Part shown: positions 54,701-63,292 of the stretch, piece after piece
How the letters are laid out: every line of letters starts with the position of its first letter
Position numbering within the stretch: position 1 is the first letter of the stretch
Assembly: GCA_965649765.1 (NCBI GenBank)
Contig: OZ287751.1
Location: 43,834,001-43,898,000 of the forward strand
Direction: 5' to 3'
Source of the DNA: Bispira polyomma
Lineage: Eukaryota
Length of the DNA: 64,000 bases
Program-made: the position numbers and the translations under genes
The notes under the pieces: model-generated
What the model saw: only the letters and a program-made list of their open reading frames with translations
Database searches by the model: none
What the model was told of the DNA's origin: nothing

Positions 54701-57700
54701 ATTAGTTATAACATTAGTACTTTTGCTTTATATTTTAATGGATACACGTTGTGAACTTCTGGATATTTAGAGCACAAGGAACCAAAATGTAGTAGCCACT
54801 TATTTGTAATTTACCAAATACAGAAAAGTATGGGTCTGAATCAAGAGAAAATTAATTATCATAAATCAATTTCTTGTGGTAACAAAAAACACACTAAGTT
54901 TGGGTCTAAGTCTTAACTTAAAGTCTTAATTTTGGTGTTTAATTTTGGCCGAAAAGTTGAAGATTTTGGTCTTAGTCCCAGTGACAATAAGAAAATATCT
55001 TTATTTAGTGTTAACTTGCTCTTAATATTAAGACTAACAGCAGGCAGTCTTGAATATTTTAGACATAAAAGGCTTTCACAGACCTTATTAGGTGACAAAC
55101 GTCAGATATGTGCGTATAGTACAACTTCTATTGTATAAATATATAATTATTTATGAACTCTCCAAAATTTATGTTTTCTATTGTTTTACACTAAAATAGC
55201 TGTTCTATTTGATAAACCTTCTATGATCCTAGCTAAATCTTGCTCTTCCAACATGTTTGGACAATAGAGTTTCTAGATCTGTTTCTCCTTACATTTCTGT
55301 CATTGTATATGTTGTTACAGTGATGAGCCACGTAGCTATGCTGCCCCTCCTAAAAACCTGCCACCAAATAACATAGACGATGAGCAGCCACTAGGGGGCA
55401 GTGAGTCCGACAGTATGGCAGAGTATGAGGACACAGACCCAACTAAGTTCAATGAGGACGGATCCTTTATAGGTAAGTGTATAGTGAGTGATAATAGGTG
55501 TATATAAACACACAGACCCCACTAAGTTCAATGAGGACGGATCTTTTATAGGTAAGTGTGTACTGGGTGATAATAGGTGTATATAAACACACAGACCCCA
55601 CTAAGTTTAATGAGAGCCGATCCTTTATAGGTAATTAAGTGTGTATAGTGAGTGATAATAGGTGTATATAAACACACAAACCCCACTAAGTTTAATGAGA
55701 GCTGATCCTTTATAGGTAAGTGTGTATAGTGAGTGATAATAAACACAGAGACCCCACTAAGTTTAATGAGGACTGATCCTTTATAAGTAAGTGTATACTG
55801 GGTGATAATATATAGGTGTGTACAAACACACAGACCCCACAAAGTTCAATGAGGACGGATCCTTTATAGGTAAGTGTATACTGGGTGATAATAGGTGTAT
55901 ATAAGCACACAGACCCCACTAAGTTTAATGAGGATGGATCTTTTATAGGTAAGAACATGTGTATAATTGGTGATAATAGGTGTATATAAACACACAGACC
56001 CCACTAAGTTTAATGAGGACGGATCTTTTATAGGTAAGTGTGTATAGTGAGTGATAATAGGTGTATATAAACACACAGACCCCACTAAGTTTAATGAGGA
56101 TGGATCCTTTATAGGTAAGTGTGTATAGTAGTGATAATATGTATATATAAACACACAGACCACACTAAGTTTAATAAGGACAGCTCCTTTATAGGTAAGT
56201 GTGTATAGTGAGTGATAATAGGTGCATATAAACACACAGACCCCACTAAGTTTAATAAGGACAGCTCCTTTATAGGTAAGTGTCTATAGCGAGTGATAAT
56301 AGGTGTATATAAACACACAGACCCCACTAAGTTCAATGAGGACTGCTCCTTTATAGGTAAGTGTGTATAGTGAGTGATAATAGGTGTATATAAACACACA
56401 GACCCCACCAAGTTTAATGAAGAAGCGCCTTTATAAGTAAGTGTATACTGGGTGATAATAGGTGTATATAAGCACACAGACCCACTAAGTTTAATAAGGA
56501 AGAATCCTTTATAGGTAAGTGTATACTGGGTGATAATAGGTGTACATAAACACACAGACCCCACTAATTTCAATGATGACAAATCCTTTATAGGTAAGTG
56601 TGATTATAGGTAAGCTGACCGTTTCCACCCCTATAAGTTGGCGGCTAGCAGCCCACTACATTTCTTACTCCCAGAGCCTATGTCTGTCGGAAAGCAGTCA
56701 ACACCCCTCAACCTATGCCCCATCTCTCCAATACATTCAGTAGATTTCGCGTCATCCTGTTGACAAACAAAGAAATAAGCCAACCAAACAAAGTATATAA
56801 ATTAGAAAATTTTATAAACTCTATAAAAACCTATATAATTCTTTTTATAAACTCTGTAAAAACCTATATAATTCTTTATAAAATAATAATGTTTAGAATA
56901 TTTTGTCACCATGTGTAAATGTTGTCTGTGTACATCCTAAAATATTGAAATTATGTAACAACAGTTGTTGTGGTACAAAGGTGTTATAGTTCTATAGTAT
57001 TGAGAGAAAAGTATATACGTCATGTGTAGAATGTGTATCTCTATGGAAATAATAACAACAGGAACTCCTTGAGGCAGATAATAAATATATAACATTTAGA
57101 TGTACATGTATATATATGTTACAGGCCAAATTAAAATCCAGTCAGATTTTAAATCCACCTAGGCGAGATTAAAAGTCTAATCTCGCCTAGGCGGAATTAA
57201 AATTTCAAGGTTTGTCTAATAGAATTTATTCTTGCCTAGGCGGATTTAAAATCTGCTTAGACCAAACTAAAATGTTGATTTTGTCTAGGCGAGATTAAAA
57301 TAAGGGGAATTAAAATGTCACATTGAGGCAAATTTTTATTATTTCATTCATGTATGCAGTAAAAGTATGGATAACAACCTTAAAATTTAACCTATTTTAT
57401 TTCTTTATAAAGAACTTTCCATTCATGGTTCAAAACATTAATTCATTCATGGAATATAGTAATTGCATTAATTATTAACATCATTTCTTTATAAAGCACT
57501 TTCATTCATGGTTTAAAACATTAATTCAGACACTACCAAGTGCTACCAAATCATTCCTGAGCACATATAAAAAAAAAAAGTGCACCAGGAAAGTCTTGAA
57601 GGATTACCAGTATGGAATTTTTGAAAATGCATACTCACACAGTGTAACTAATGTTTGTATTTATAGGACTGTATGGAGGCAAGAGAGATTCAACCATTCA

Positions 57701-57740
57701 ACCAGACGGCCAGCCTAATGCACTGTCCACATTTGTGTAG
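590..57740 (+). CDS. Nrg: L1CAM-family cell adhesion molecule (neuroglian/NrCAM-like), 5'-partial multi-exon gene: Ig2(C-half)-Ig3-Ig6, 5 FnIII, TM, ankyrin-binding cytoplasmic tail
   Basis: More than 20 GT-AG exons join in consistent phase. Translation shows Ig motifs (W...D.G.Y.C), FnIII motifs, [25 protein letters not shown] followed by [10 protein letters not shown], and the L1-family tail FGEY...DSMAEY...[11 protein letters not shown]. Confidence 0.95.
2008..3384. mobile_element. Non-autonomous Tc1/mariner-type DNA transposon
   Basis: ~30-bp imperfect TIRs (CCATATTCGACGTAATTAGCGCACA / TGTGCGGTAATTACGTCGAATACGG), TA on both sides, no transposase ORF. Confidence 0.75.
4304..4560 (+). mobile_element. 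tRNA-derived SINE, family 1, copy 1
   Basis: A-box-like GGTGGCCTTGTGATTAG, B-box-like GAGTTCGAATCCC, AT-rich tail. Near-perfect flanking duplication TTGCCACAAAGC/TTGTCACAAAGC. Close copy at 51903. Confidence 0.85.
5727..5870 (+). CDS. Ig2 C-terminal half, alternative exon B
   Basis: tacacag|GG...ACAG|gtatag, 144 nt, phase 1-1. Encodes [48 protein letters not shown]. Confidence 0.85.
6070..7555. mobile_element. Helitron/Helentron-associated-like non-autonomous element with an internal ~145-bp tandem array (5 units, about 6298-7030)
   Basis: Repeated TTGCAGCTATCATCACCAAATTTGTTG and palindromic AAGATGGCCGCCATGGCCGCCATCTT. CCGTCCG motif near the 5' end and ...CTAGTT at the 3' end. Class and outer boundaries are inference. 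Confidence 0.55.
9714..10323. mobile_element. PIF/Harbinger-type MITE
   Basis: Perfect 16-bp TIR TGCCGTGGTCACACTG / CAGTGTGACCACGGCA with TTA on both sides. CpG-rich interior. Confidence 0.8.
10595..10697 (+). CDS. Ig3 N-half exon
   Basis: gatag|GA...GGAAA|gtaaga. [35 protein letters not shown], phase 1-2. Confidence 0.88.
11570..11769 (+). CDS. Ig3 C-half exon
   Basis: ttttcag|T...CAAT|gtgagt. PTPRIHW...[12 protein letters not shown]...LQLRVQ. Confidence 0.92.
12222..12656 (+). repeat. ~61-bp tandem array copying the Ig4 acceptor and exon start (~7 units)
   Basis: Unit ACACAGTTTGTATTGTGTTTTAG|CTATGCCTGATTGGGTGGTAA...; the last unit runs into the real exon. Confidence 0.9.
12636..12754 (+). 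CDS. Ig4 N-half exon
   Basis: tttaag|CT...GGC|gtgagt. [40 protein letters not shown]. Confidence 0.9.
13286..13445 (+). CDS. Ig4 C-half exon
   Basis: catag|GAA...ATAG|gtttgt. [14 protein letters not shown]...[25 protein letters not shown], with the L1-type QCNASN.HG motif. Confidence 0.92.
13912..14511 (+). repeat. ~73-bp tandem array copying the Ig5 acceptor and exon start (~8 units)
   Basis: Unit ...TTTCCACTTGTAG|CTGAGCCCCCCACGTTCATCAGTAAGCC. Confidence 0.9.
14484..14677 (+). CDS. Ig5 N-part exon
   Basis: ttgtag|CT...CAG|gtattg. [38 protein letters not shown]...NLTIQ. Confidence 0.92.
15425..15515 (+). CDS. Ig5 C-part exon
   Basis: aacag|AGG...AGAG|gtaata. [30 protein letters not shown]. 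Confidence 0.92.
15970..16179 (+). CDS. Ig6 N-part exon
   Basis: cacag|AG...TCAG|gtaagt. [29 protein letters not shown]...[10 protein letters not shown]...NSLTIS. Confidence 0.9.
16149..17317 (+). repeat. 55-bp tandem array copying the Ig6 exon end and donor (~22 units)
   Basis: Unit GATACCAGAGATAACTCACTGACCATCTCAG|GTAAGTGGTGTAACATTCACACTA. Confidence 0.95.
17777..17866 (+). CDS. Ig6 C-part exon
   Basis: ttgtag|GT...AAAG|gtgagt. [30 protein letters not shown]. Confidence 0.92.
17970..19045 (+). repeat. 30-bp intronic minisatellite (~35 units)
   Basis: Unit GTATCTGAAGTACCCACTTATGAGAACCAT. Confidence 0.95.
19109..19282 (+). CDS. FnIII-1 N-part exon
   Basis: ccttag|AC...AGTG|gtaata. DRPEPPYDV...[20 protein letters not shown]. 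Confidence 0.92.
19857..20056 (+). CDS. FnIII-1 C-part / FnIII-2 start exon
   Basis: tctcag|GT...GAT|gtaagt. [20 protein letters not shown]...QLVIVWD. Confidence 0.93.
20953..21190 (+). CDS. FnIII-2 exon
   Basis: gtacag|CCC...GATG|gtatgt. [18 protein letters not shown]...[12 protein letters not shown]...GYSGED, an L1-family signature. Confidence 0.93.
21210..21436 (+). repeat. ~22-bp degenerate minisatellite
   Basis: Unit TCACTGAATGGTTGTAAT(G/A)AG. Confidence 0.85.
22248..22375 (+). CDS. FnIII-3 N-part exon
   Basis: tttcag|TC...AAG|gtatgt. [43 protein letters not shown]. Confidence 0.92.
22991..23249 (+). CDS. FnIII-3 C-part exon with RGKR convertase-type site
   Basis: tttag|ATG...GGAG|gtgagc. 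MVYWISG...[10 protein letters not shown]...[20 protein letters not shown]...FQTPEG. Confidence 0.92.
23540..24588. mobile_element. Non-autonomous TA-flanked DNA transposon (Tc1/mariner-pogo-like)
   Basis: TIR CAGTAGACTCTGT / ACAGAGTCTACTG with TA on both sides. Confidence 0.65.
24881..25003 (+). CDS. FnIII-4 N-part exon
   Basis: ttttag|TG...ATAT|gtaagt. [10 protein letters not shown]...[22 protein letters not shown]. Confidence 0.92.
25240..25543 (+). repeat. ~59-bp tandem array copying the FnIII-4 acceptor and exon start (~5 units)
   Basis: Unit ...TTCTTGTCCTCGTATTACAG|TGGGCAGTACA. Confidence 0.9.
25533..25697 (+). CDS. FnIII-4 C-part exon
   Basis: ttacag|TG...ATGC|gtatgt. LGSTHKVK...[20 protein letters not shown]. 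Confidence 0.9.
25913..26081. repeat. Fold-back inverted repeat with ~70-bp arms, MITE-like
   Basis: TCGTAGATGGTCGCGCACCCGTCAATTTGATGTATTGTGGGTA pairs with TACCCATAATACATCAAATTGACGGCTGCGGGACCATCTACGA. Confidence 0.8.
26091..26255 (+). mobile_element. Degenerate SINE (related 3' fragment on the minus strand at about 19365-19507)
   Basis: tRNA-like head and B-box-like GGATTGAATCCC. The TGTGGGAA..GTACTT..CACTGGTTT core matches the reverse complement of 19430-19505. Confidence 0.5.
26534..26662 (+). CDS. FnIII-5 N-part exon
   Basis: gtgtag|CC...AAGG|gtaagt. [43 protein letters not shown]. Confidence 0.9.
28116..28292 (+). CDS. FnIII-5 C-part exon
   Basis: acccag|GA...AAAG|gtgagg. [10 protein letters not shown]...[21 protein letters not shown]...; ends in phase 1. 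Confidence 0.9.
30352..30396 (+). CDS. Candidate 45-nt juxtamembrane cassette exon ([15 protein letters not shown])
   Basis: gtatccag|GT...GTAG|gtgggt, phase 1-1, open frame, GC-richer than its flanks. Confidence 0.6.
   Translation: MVPCQQKGQSLESE
31220..31243 (+). CDS. Candidate 24-nt microexon (GETGDDLG)
   Basis: ttctaatag|GA...GGTG|gtaagt, phase 1-1. Confidence 0.55.
31272..32660 (+). repeat. 66-bp intronic minisatellite (~21 units)
   Basis: Unit TACTGAATGATTCATACTGAGTACTTACTTTGAGCTTTACTCATCACTTTCACTCATTACTTTTAA. Confidence 0.95.
33268..33276 (+). CDS. Candidate 9-nt microexon (VYQ) sharing its acceptor with the giant exon
   Basis: (TC)n tract...cacccag|TATATCAAG|gtgaga, phase 1-1. Confidence 0.55.
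33268..44939 (+). CDS. Giant exon encoding a ~3,880-aa Ser/Thr/Asp/Asn-rich mucin-like segment (internal exon to 44910, or terminal exon to stop at 44939)
   Basis: Uninterrupted ORF 33297-44939, in frame with the phase-1 acceptor at 33267/33268. Phase-1 donor GATG|gtaata at 44910/44911 lies shortly before the stop. No Met plus signal peptide of its own. Confidence 0.75.
33785..34838 (+). repeat. Coding 81-bp (27-aa) tandem repeat x13 inside the giant exon
   Basis: Unit [27 protein letters not shown], frame preserved in all copies. Confidence 0.95.
46388..46399 (+). CDS. Candidate 12-nt microexon (GLKR)
   Basis: aaaacag|GTCTAAAAAGAG|gtaagt, phase 1-1, consensus donor but modest acceptor. Confidence 0.45.
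49538..49663 (+). CDS. Transmembrane exon
   Basis: tttgcag|GA...CCAG|gtcagt. [42 protein letters not shown]. Confidence 0.93.
49991..50177. mobile_element. ~190-bp MITE family (other copies at about 1518-1703, 11146-11250, 28911-29100, 52686-52832, 62231-62417)
   Basis: TIR CAGTAGAACCTC / GAGGTTCTACTG, TA flanks, similar interiors among copies. Confidence 0.75.
51066..51141 (+). CDS. Cytoplasmic exon 1
   Basis: ttttcag|TG...AAACA|gtgagt. [25 protein letters not shown], phase 1-2. Confidence 0.92.
51903..52157 (+). mobile_element. tRNA-derived SINE, family 1, copy 2
   Basis: Highly similar to 4304-4560. Flanking duplication TTCTAGATG(G)TTAAA. Confidence 0.85.
52999..53025 (+). CDS. Candidate 27-nt cytoplasmic microexon ([10 protein letters not shown] across junctions)
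   Basis: Long pyrimidine tract...ttctaaag|ACC...AAAGG|gtaaga. Phase 2-2 matches the flanking exons. Confidence 0.65.
55321..55472 (+). CDS. Cytoplasmic exon 2 (ankyrin-binding region)
   Basis: ttacag|T...ATAG|gtaagt. DEPRSYAAP...[25 protein letters not shown]. Confidence 0.93.
55432..56612 (+). repeat. ~80-bp tandem array copying the [13 protein letters not shown] exon end and donor (~15 units)
   Basis: Unit ACACAGACCCCACTAAGTTCAATGAGGACGGATCCTTTATAG|GTAAGTGTGTATAGTGAGTGATAATAGGTGTATATAAAC. Confidence 0.95.
57667..57740 (+). CDS. Terminal coding exon ([24 protein letters not shown])
   Basis: ttatag|GA CTG TAT completes FIGLY and ends in a class I PDZ-type motif STFV followed by TAG. Confidence 0.9.
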
Positions 57741-58245
57741 TCCTTAAATATGTGTTGTCAATGAAGAAGCTAGGAATTTTTTCAATTTACTGTGTTTTTA
57801 AGTGATGACATTATGACATTTATATACCTGTGTACAAACCAAAATGCCATACTCAGTTTTAGGGGAAGAAAATATCTGTGTAAATTTTACTGTTACTCTT
57901 TTACCAGCATGAAACTTTAATGCATTAGGAGAGAAAACCTTCTTGCATGTATTATTGAGAAAGAATGAGTGAGAATTGAGATTTTTAATGAAGATATTTA
58001 ACTAGCAAAGTATATGTTACTTTTTATTGTTGAGATGTCTATTTTTTCTCAGGATGACTAGAATTGTTCTCAGCTGATGTATAATAAATTTTGACAAACA
58101 TGGTAATAGTAAGGTATTTATCACTACCCTGTCAGCCTGTGAGAAAGATGAAGTACTGTACTCTATTTACAATAATGAAACATTCTAATTCTGTAAGACT
58201 CTTATGTGTACCAATAGATGGGGCACCCAAATCATTGACATTAGT

Positions 58246-58460
58246 GGGGTCTCAGTGGTGTAGTGGTAACACACTGGCCTCCCAACTCTGCCACACCAAG
58301 TGTATGCAGGAAATTTGGCAGCAGACTTGCTGAAGGCCAGTGATTAGCAGATCAGAAAACATTGACCAACTTGCCTGTTCTGATTTCTCCACCAGTAAAC
58401 TCCCCATCGTGATATGACACATGACATGTAGAAAGCGACATTCAACCCAAAACTAAAACA
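58246..58460 (+). mobile_element. Degenerate SINE, family 2 (related fragment at about 148-315)
   Basis: tRNA-like head GGGGTCTCAGTGGTGTAGTGGTAA. Shares AGACTTGCTGAAGGCCAGTG and a similar 3' part with the sequence at about 230-315. Confidence 0.55.
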
Positions 58461-61400
58461 GTGACATAAAGTAGAACCATCAAATAAAAACTGTTTTGGA
58501 AGTTTTGTGTATTGAAAGCACCTTTACTTCTCAATATAACATTTGAGTAAAGTGATAAACAAAAGATAGAGGTATTAGAACTCTGTGCATCTATAGAAGA
58601 TATACAATATCTGTACCCCAAATCAATCAAATAAAGTCCCATGTATGTCAGATTCTTAGGATCTCTGTAGGTTTCACCATTTTGCTACAATGTAATTTTC
58701 CAGTTTGTTTATGAGGTGTAGTTTACAGTGTATATTTTTGCCACTTAATTTGTCTTTATGTTTTAATGTGTTGTACATGTTTGTAAAATAAATAAGTGTT
58801 TCAAAAACACATTTTGTATTTAGTAGTTGGTTCTTTGTAAGTTTGAGGGGGAAAAAAATAAAAATATATTCCTGCACCGTAGCATGATAAAAATTTATTT
58901 TAAAAAATACAATACAACATATTGTGTCAGACTTAGTGGGTTATACTAATATATAAAAGATGACAGTGTTCATGCATTAAGTATTTTTCAATTTGTGCAA
59001 AAGAGTATTTTGGAGAGTAGTATTCTTAAAAAGACAGTATAAATAGACCACTCTGTAGTTGCGTGGTTTTAGTGTATATACTAAATGTTCAATGTACAAT
59101 GATAGTGCTTGTATTACTGCGACTAAATACTGAAAAGTATTAATTTATGGTTCCAAGAAAGCAATGTTGTTGCCTTTGCCAGAAATCAGCCAAATGATGT
59201 GTCCACAAAGGCAATTTCGATCTATTAGATTTTAAATCCAAGTAAATAAGTTTTACGTATTATAATCTTATTAAATTAGATTATTTTTATTCACAGGAGG
59301 AAAAAAATCGCTTGGCATTTCCTGTTGCTTATTAAAATTGTCTATGTGGAAATACTGGGTTAAAGAAGTGAAAAGAACAGGGATTGGCATTGTGCATCTC
59401 TTGGTTGCCATGGAAACAAAGGCTAGTTTTGTTAGGGAGGTGTTGTTCTGTCATCTCATTAACTGCTGTATACATAATGAAATAAATTGTCTATATAAAG
59501 TAAAAAAGAAACGCACTCCTTGTGTGTGGTAGTATAGTAACGTAAAGGCTTTATATAAAAGTGTCATTTTATAAACAACGTCTTTGTGTTGTGTTACCTG
59601 CTGTATTTAAAAAGACAAATGTGTTCTTTATTTGTTAAATAAATGTTGTGCTTTTGTACTGATTGTAAATCTTACAACAAAAATTTAGACAACATTTTTG
59701 ACCAAGTTAGTCATGTAAATACAGGAAGTGGGAACTAATCTTGAATGTCTTTGCCAGTAAACATTTAAAACACTTTGTTACAACACTTCTAAAAATAATG
59801 TCAAAATGTCAAAAATGCAGATGTGTAAGTTTAGTGAACTGACTAAAAAGCTAAATAAGCCCAAACGGTGTTTGAATAAGGTAATGAAATAATAATTGTT
59901 AGAATTTTACGCACTATGGGTACCCTATGGTGCCTTAATGTTAAAAGTCATTTTTGCTTAGTTATGTCTGATGGAAGCATTGAATTACCTCCCTCAAATT
60001 ATTTTGGCTAAGGATGTAAAGTTACAGTTTATTTGTAGTGTTCTTCAAGTTATACACACTATATATAACAAAGTACACAGAATGAAATAACCCAGAGCTT
60101 TGTGAGAATTGTTTGATCAAATACTCAGGCAGTTGTTGTATGATTGCTGTAAGAATCTCACATCATGTGGCATTTGTTCATTATCCAATGTGTCTCACTC
60201 CTAAAGAATACTCTAGTTATTTACAGGACTTTTCAACAGTGTGTACAATTTGGGACAGGGGAATTGTAAAGCTTTGCACTGTTGACCTATGTTTTAACAA
60301 TTATATCTGAAAGAATTCCATTTTACATTTATTTTTACACCAGTGCCGACCAGTCAGTGTGACATGTCACCAATGGTAGACAAGGGGTGTTTTCTTGTGA
60401 TGTATTTTATATCATTGTGACAGTGTTTGGTAAGCCCGTAGTACATAGTACCATGTAAAGTAGGGAGTTTAACATTAGCCACATATCTCTGACGGACATA
60501 GTAAAATAAAAATATATGAAGTGGGACAGGGTTAAACTAGAATGTTAAGACCAGGGGCAGTATGCACAAAAGGTCCTACTTAGTATGAAGCATTAGTATT
60601 TGATTTTGGCCATAAATGTTAAGATTTTGGTCTTAGTCCCAGTGACATTAAGAAAGGACTTTTGCTTAGTTATAACTTTGCACTTAACACTAAAACTAAC
60701 AGTAGGCAGTCTTAAATATTTTAAACCAAAATGTTAAGACTAAGACCTTTTCGGAAGATGGCCCAAGAAAACTGGTTCTTGTTCTAGAGAAATTCAATTT
60801 AAACTTGTTCTAGCTACAGAGATGTGTCTAGTAATTGTATATCAAATTTGGAGGGGAATGGAGAAAGAAGAGGGAAACAATGTTTACATGCCCTGCAATG
60901 TAAGAATTTGTAACTTGCCCCCCAAAAATGAGAGATATGTGGCTAATAGTGACCTTCTTTACTGTGTATATTTACCACAACAAACGTGTGTGTTGACCAT
61001 GTGTTCCACTGCCAATTAGTTGTAGTTTGTATAGAGAGCTGTGTATAAAATGCTACTTACGTCTTAGCATAGAGAAAAACCCCAGTCATTGTTTCAATCT
61101 CTTTATACTCTATAGTGCCTTCCATGTGTTTATAATGCCAATTAGTAAAAACAAAGTTCATATGAGAAAATTATAACAGGAGAAATCGTTGAAGCCAGTA
61201 GAATAGAGATCGAGCTGTGTCTGTAAGCTACTTTTAAGGCAAGCACAGTTTTAGTAGAATACGGTATAGAGGGACTTTATGTTGTGAGTAGTATGTTATT
61301 CATGATACTACTGTATATATACTATGCACTCCACACAGTGTAGTGAAGAATGATTGCTTGTCTATATATAGTTTATTAATTCATGTTAATGGTGTGGACA

Positions 61401-63087
61401 GATATATTACTAGTTGTTATATGAGGGATGACATTGCTATAGCTACACATTATTTAGTTGTCATTATTCGTCAAAATAAAGTAAGACATGTGAAATATAG
61501 TTCATAATTGCTATATTTATATTCTTATCCCAACAGCTGTTATAAGCCATTTTACTCCTTGTGAACATCATTGTTTGTCCAACTTCTAAATCAATGGATA
61601 CAGAATTTCTTACTTATCCTAAGCCAAGATTAAGTTTTTAACTACAAAAAAATTATAGATCACATTATCTTTTATTGATCTATTTCTTTGAATTGTTCAA
61701 ATAAAAGTTAATAAACAATAGCTTATAGGGTTATTGATTTACCAAATTCTTTGAGAGATGCCACAAATTTAAGTCTATATTTAATCTACTTTTGCCACTA
61801 GTAATTTCAATATAACGTGATGTTATGATTTTTGCTGTTTTAGAAGCAATGCTTGCCGTGATTAGAGCGTAACCAGCTTGATACCTTTAAACATGTTCTT
61901 TAGTAGTCATGACGACAATGATTAGCAGAATGATATGCCAAGTTTACTCTAGTCATGTTTTTAACTGTAATACTGTATAGTGAGTGTGTATAAGAACCAC
62001 TGTACTAAGCAACCTTTAATATATAGTGTGTCACAGTTATTTTGTAATCTGGAGTAGAGAAAGTTTTATATTCTATGGTCAGTAAACATTCACTTGTGTA
62101 TCGTACACTGATTCTAACTGTTGTTATTATATATATGTGTTACATTATAGTACATAGACATTAAAAACATATGTGTTAAACAAAAGATTGTATTGTATAT
62201 TAAGCAGATTTTGTGCTATGAACTGGTTAGACAATAGAAGTCCTATTATTTGAACATCTGGTATCCAAATCATTAGTTTGATGAACCCTCTTCTGCTCTC
62301 CCAAATTACTGTTTAACTAGCATTTTTTACAGCAATGTCTCTTCTGTATTTTGAACATTCTATTATCTAAAGAAAATCTTACTTTTCCTGCATGTTCAGA
62401 TAATAAGGGTTCTACTGACGCTATTGCATGTTAAAAGTGTGAATCAGTGTTTTATGATATAAAAAGAAACAAGGAAAAGCTGCCTAAAAACAAAACAGCA
62501 CCTCTTTGAGGACGCTTAAAAAATCCTTGCCTAAATAATAAATTTATGTTTTGACCACAAGTAAACTTCAGATGACTACCTTATCAAGTGAGGTACACCT
62601 GTATAAGTTTACTATTATCTCCTCAATGGATAATGTCTCATGTTTAAAATTTTGTAAATAATACAGCAAGATCCCTGTAACAAGCTAAACATAAAGTGCT
62701 AAAAATATAGATGTGCAAAGTGTGCGTAAAGTGTGGTTGTTGTGTGCAGAAATCCCTAAGGTTTGATGCTGTGTGTGTTTGTATAGTCCAGAAAGAGTAA
62801 TCACTAAGTCATCAATACTTTATACAGAACTACAGTAATGCTTGTTCACTGTGTACCCTTTATGGCCTGTTTCCATATACATGTACTTGTAAAACCCATC
62901 CGTACACAAATATTTTAGACTTTTAGCCCTTTTGTGAACACCCAAGCGAGCATGTATTTAGAATTGCCCTACTCCAGAATTACCCTCCCCCGTTAGGCCA
63001 TGTCAACTGATAAACTATTAGTATGCAGAAGTACCAACTTGACTCTCACATAATTGGCCCATTTTAGAACCTGGTCATCACAGGACT

Positions 63088-63292
63088 CTGTATAACGTCA
63101 TGGTACACAGGGAGGAATGACTTTTTTCTGCCAAACTGTATCAATGTTCATAGTCCTGTATAACATCATGGTACACAGGGAGGAATGACTTCTTTCTGCC
63201 AAACTGTATCAATGTTCATAGTCCTGTATAACATCATGGTACACAGGGAGGAATGACTTTTTTCTGCCAAACCATATCAATGTTCATAGTCC
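63088..63292 (+). repeat. 68-bp tandem repeat x3
   Basis: Unit CTGTATAACATCATGGTACACAGGGAGGAATGACTTTTTTCTGCCAAACTGTATCAATGTTCATAGTC. Confidence 0.9.

Noticed and set aside
55546-56582. Minus-strand repeat ORFs
   Set aside because: Antisense translations of the ~80-bp donor array.
57125-57162. Alternative last exon giving [14 protein letters not shown]
   Set aside because: Lacks the motif tyrosine and sits in a locally repetitive, palindromic sequence, so it is likely chance.
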